Below, one piece after another: positions 60,381 to 64,000 of a DNA stretch of 64,000 bases (position 1 is the stretch's first letter; each line of letters opens with the position of its first letter). Made by a program: the position numbers and the translations under genes. The DNA lies in assembly GCF_016432865.1 (NCBI RefSeq), contig NC_067399.1, positions 388,306,001 through 388,370,000 of the forward strand. The letters are read 5' to 3'. Under the pieces are notes generated by a model. That model was not told the origin of the DNA. It made no database searches and saw only the letters and a list, made by a program, of their open reading frames with translations. The stretch is from Antechinus flavipes (Eukaryota).

Positions 60381-63300
60381 CTTTTGTGCACCTGTAACAG
60401 CAAACCATAGTAATATCCTGATATCTGACATTTCTTTTTTTTTTTTTAATTAATAGTATTTTTTTTTCAAATACTTGCAAAGATAGTTTTCAGCATTCAC
60501 CGTCGCAAAACTTTGTATTCAAATTTTTCTCCCTCTCTTTCTCCCCCTTCCCCCCTCCCCCCTTTCCCTAGACAGGAAGCAATCCGGATATATGATATTT
60601 CATTTAAAATGTATCCCAGGATTCAAACCTATTGGATTTGCATAAGACTCTCCTCATTGGTAGAAAGAAAATTATTTGACACTTCAGGACTACCTGAAGA
60701 AGGAGAGCTGCCAACAGGTTGGGAGAAGAGAGGTTTTTCTTTATTCTAATTTTGAGAGAGGGAACACATGATTCCAGGCTTTCTTCATGAAAAGACCCAT
60801 TAGAGAGAGAGAGAAAAAAACAAATTTTAGAAAGAAGCTAACACGTAGAGAAATCAGGACCTTGACGTGTCCCAAAATTTCTAGAATGCTACACTAATAA
60901 CTTTAAAAAATGTTTTCCCTGATTGAGACCAAGGGTTCTCAGTTAAGTTTCCTCTTGTTGGGAGAATTCATTCATTCTATGTATTATCTGGTATAATCCA
61001 ATCTGTACTACGGCTCTTGTGGTGTTGTATTAGGGTTCACTATCTGCTTGGATAAATAAATTTACACTCTATTCACTTACTAGACCATAATATTTGTATA
61101 ACTAGCATTTGGTGAGAAGGAACCAAACCATCAAATTTTTCTTGGAGCACTCCTTTTCTTGTTAAAGGATAGCAACCAGAAAAGCAGTTTGAACCTAAAA
61201 ATAATTTCCCCTAGACTAGTAATGTTTAGGGTGGCAGATATAATTCATGCATTTCTGGGTTTAGACAAATGCATGTGGACATTCACATAACCTATATGAA
61301 CAACATATATGTCACTCACACATCTATTTTGTTTATTTTTTTATGTACATGATTTCTCCAATATAATGTAAACAGATTAGTTCAGTTTTGTCTTTATAGT
61401 CCTAGGCACAGTCAGGTGTCAGATGGCATAAAAATAACTTAAAAAAAGAAGCTTTTTGAATGAATAAGTCATATCATAGGGCATTCTGCACTAAGAGATT
61501 AGTGGAAAGGAAGTGAGGCAATGCCCTCTGAAGGTCCTTAGCCAGTTTTCTTTTAGATCCAGCTTCTGCCAAAGCCCAATTCCTCAATATTATTATATCC
61601 CTTCATTTGGCATCAGTAAAATCATACATACCCTTTCCCCCTCCAAACCACTCAAAGAAACTGCTAGTTATTAGTGGAATTGGCAGTCAGGAAATCTGAG
61701 ATTTAATATAGGATATTCAGTGTGCTATAAAGCAACGGTTTATTTTTTACAAATATTTTAAGATTTAATTTTTTAATTTAAAATTTTTTATGTGATTTGA
61801 TGTTTCTAAATAGAACAACAAAAAATAATTGCCATGCAGACAAGCTTTTATCTTCCACCCTTATCTTTTTAGTTCCTCCTGGACAAAAGAACCTGCCAGA
61901 TCAGTCTTATAATCTGATGGTCCCTTCAGGAGATATAAAGCTTTGGAATGGATGTGCATACTCAGATGATGGGCCAGGTAGTGTGCTATAAGTTCCAGGA
62001 AACCCAGTTCAGTACAGGAAACCTTACCTTTGTGCCAGACAGGTGGTATCATACCAGTCCTGGGCATGTCCCTACATTACTCAACTTCAATTTAGGTTCA
62101 CTCATCCTTCTTAGAGATCCAGCTAAAGTCACTGTGTTTTGGCAACAAAAGCCCAAGGTAGATAGAACAGTTAGAATGAAAGGAGAAAGAATTCTCACTC
62201 TTCCTACTTTTGCTTTCTTTGAGCATCTCCCAAGTCCATGAATATCACAGTTTGGGGGCCAAGAAGAATTAAGTTAAAAAGTATTTTATCTCACAAATAT
62301 TTGCCATCCCTATAGGCCAATTTTTTTTATCTATAAAAATGAGACAATTAGAAAAGATAACTCAAGATCCATTGCAATGTTAAGCCTATATTTCAGCTCT
62401 TGTCTCTTTTAGATGCTAAGGGACAAGGAAGGAAGAGAAGAGACTATACTTTGAAGCACCGAATTATGATTTCCTCTATCCATGGTGTCAAATACTTTTA
62501 TTTTACAGATCAGAAACTGAGGTCCAGAGAGATGATAGGATATTAATTCTTTTTGATATTTGATTCTTTTCTACTAATCTATTGAATTTGATATTGTTGA
62601 TCACACTCTTCTAAATATTTTCTTCTATCTAGGTTTTTATGACATTTCTCACCCCTGGTTCATCCTCTGCCTGTCTGACCTCTCCTCATTCTCATCATCT
62701 ATATTGTAATCTTTAACTAAGAGTGTTCCCCAAGGACCTCTTTTCCTTGTACTCTCTCTCCTACTCTCTATTCCTTTTTCTTTCCTTCTTTCTCTCTATC
62801 TGTCTCTCTCTGTAAACTCATCAGCTTCCAAACGTTTAATTATCATCTTTATGCAGATGACTCCTAGGTCGTCTATATATCCACCCCCAGCATCAGCCCT
62901 TGTACTTTGCTTTTGTATTGTCTATTGTCTATTTAACCTTATGCCAAATCCTTCCCACTTTCAAACTTTCAATTATTTCTGTCCACATTATCACCACTGT
63001 TTCAATGTCTCAGTTTCCTAATTTATAGAATGGAAATAATAATAGCACCTATCTGCCAGGGTTGTTGTGAAGATCAAATAAGCTAATGACTGTAAAATAC
63101 TTAGCACAGTTCCTGGAACACAGTAAGTACTATCTAAAAGTTAACTACTATTTTTATGTTATAGTATTATATTATCCTACTATTGATATTGAACATGTTT
63201 CCCATTATAAGATTAAAATGACCTAGCAGATTGTGAACAGTGCAACTGCCCCTATATGTGTGTTCTAGTAGTTTGTTATTTAGTCTGGGTTTGCTCTCTT

Positions 63301-64000
63301 CTCTGAACCTACAGCTTACATTGTTTAATGAGAGAGTAGAGAGGAAGTTATCTTATAAATATCTACTGTCTGTTGTCTAGACATCAAGGGAGAGATATGG
63401 TTTTAGGGAAACTGGATGGGCTCTCAATTCAAACTTTTGTCAAAGATGGGACTATCATTTGCATGAGGAGTTTTGTGGGTACAATGGAACCGAACTCTTA
63501 ACAGGTTGCATCTAAGCAAGATTCAGTATAAAATAGTCTATTTTATATAGTCTATATATTACATCCAAGAGGTACTTTTATCAGCCAGTGTCCTCTAACA
63601 AAAGGAGGTCCTGTGACATGAACATTGAAAGAGCTGCAATAAAAGTAATAAATATCCTTTATTTCAAGAGATATTTTCTCCTCTTGTGACCAACAATGCC
63701 TATTTCCAGATTAGCTGGATAGCTTATAGCAATAGAACAGAAATCACATGGCCCAGTAGAATGGAATAGAATTAACACCAGCCACCATTTATTCAGCACT
63801 TACTAGACATAAGACATTGTGGTAGAGTTGGGGCGATAAGCATCAAAAAACAATAATATCTCCCTACTTTCTGGGAATGTACATTATACCAAGAGATATT
63901 ATAAGGAAGAATATTAGCAACTGGGGAGAGAGAGAGATCAGGGAAGCTTCACAGATCCAGAGGGAGCAGATTCCAGACACAGATCATGGGAGATCAAGGG

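Noticed and set aside
60400-64000. Search for the ECSCR 3' end expected from synteny
   Set aside because: No matching translation found in the window.
1-64000. CRISPR arrays, rRNA, tRNA genes or prokaryotic systems
   Set aside because: None seen; tRNA-like boxes occur only in SINE heads and the sequence is clearly marsupial genomic DNA.

Overview
A 64-kb vertebrate window from an Australian marsupial. WSINE1, MAR1 and marsupial L1/RTE repeats point to this, and a dasyurid is likely but not proven. It is syntenic to human 5q31.2 and carries four tandem minus-strand genes: MZB1 (exons 1-3; exon 4 lies left of the window), single-exon PROB1 (1012 aa), SPATA24 (6 exons, 205 aa) and DNAJC18 (8 exons, 359 aa). 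All exon junctions were reconstructed by hand with GT-AG sites and compatible phases. The rest is intron or intergenic DNA rich in SINEs, LINEs and DNA transposons. Best leads: (1) a chain of minus-strand exon-like units between DNAJC18 and SPATA24 (34.1 to 24.7 kb) that splice into one continuous ~160-230 aa frame I cannot match to a known protein; (2) a perfect 67-bp inverted duplication 1.1 kb apart inside that unit; (3) a four-level nested transposon stack in SPATA24 intron 1 with TSDs intact, with a hAT MITE as the innermost layer; (4) two 7SL retrocopies that retain S-domain sequence; (5) the SPATA24 poly(A) signal overlapping its stop codon. Gene names and repeat family labels come from recalled sequences, not database searches.
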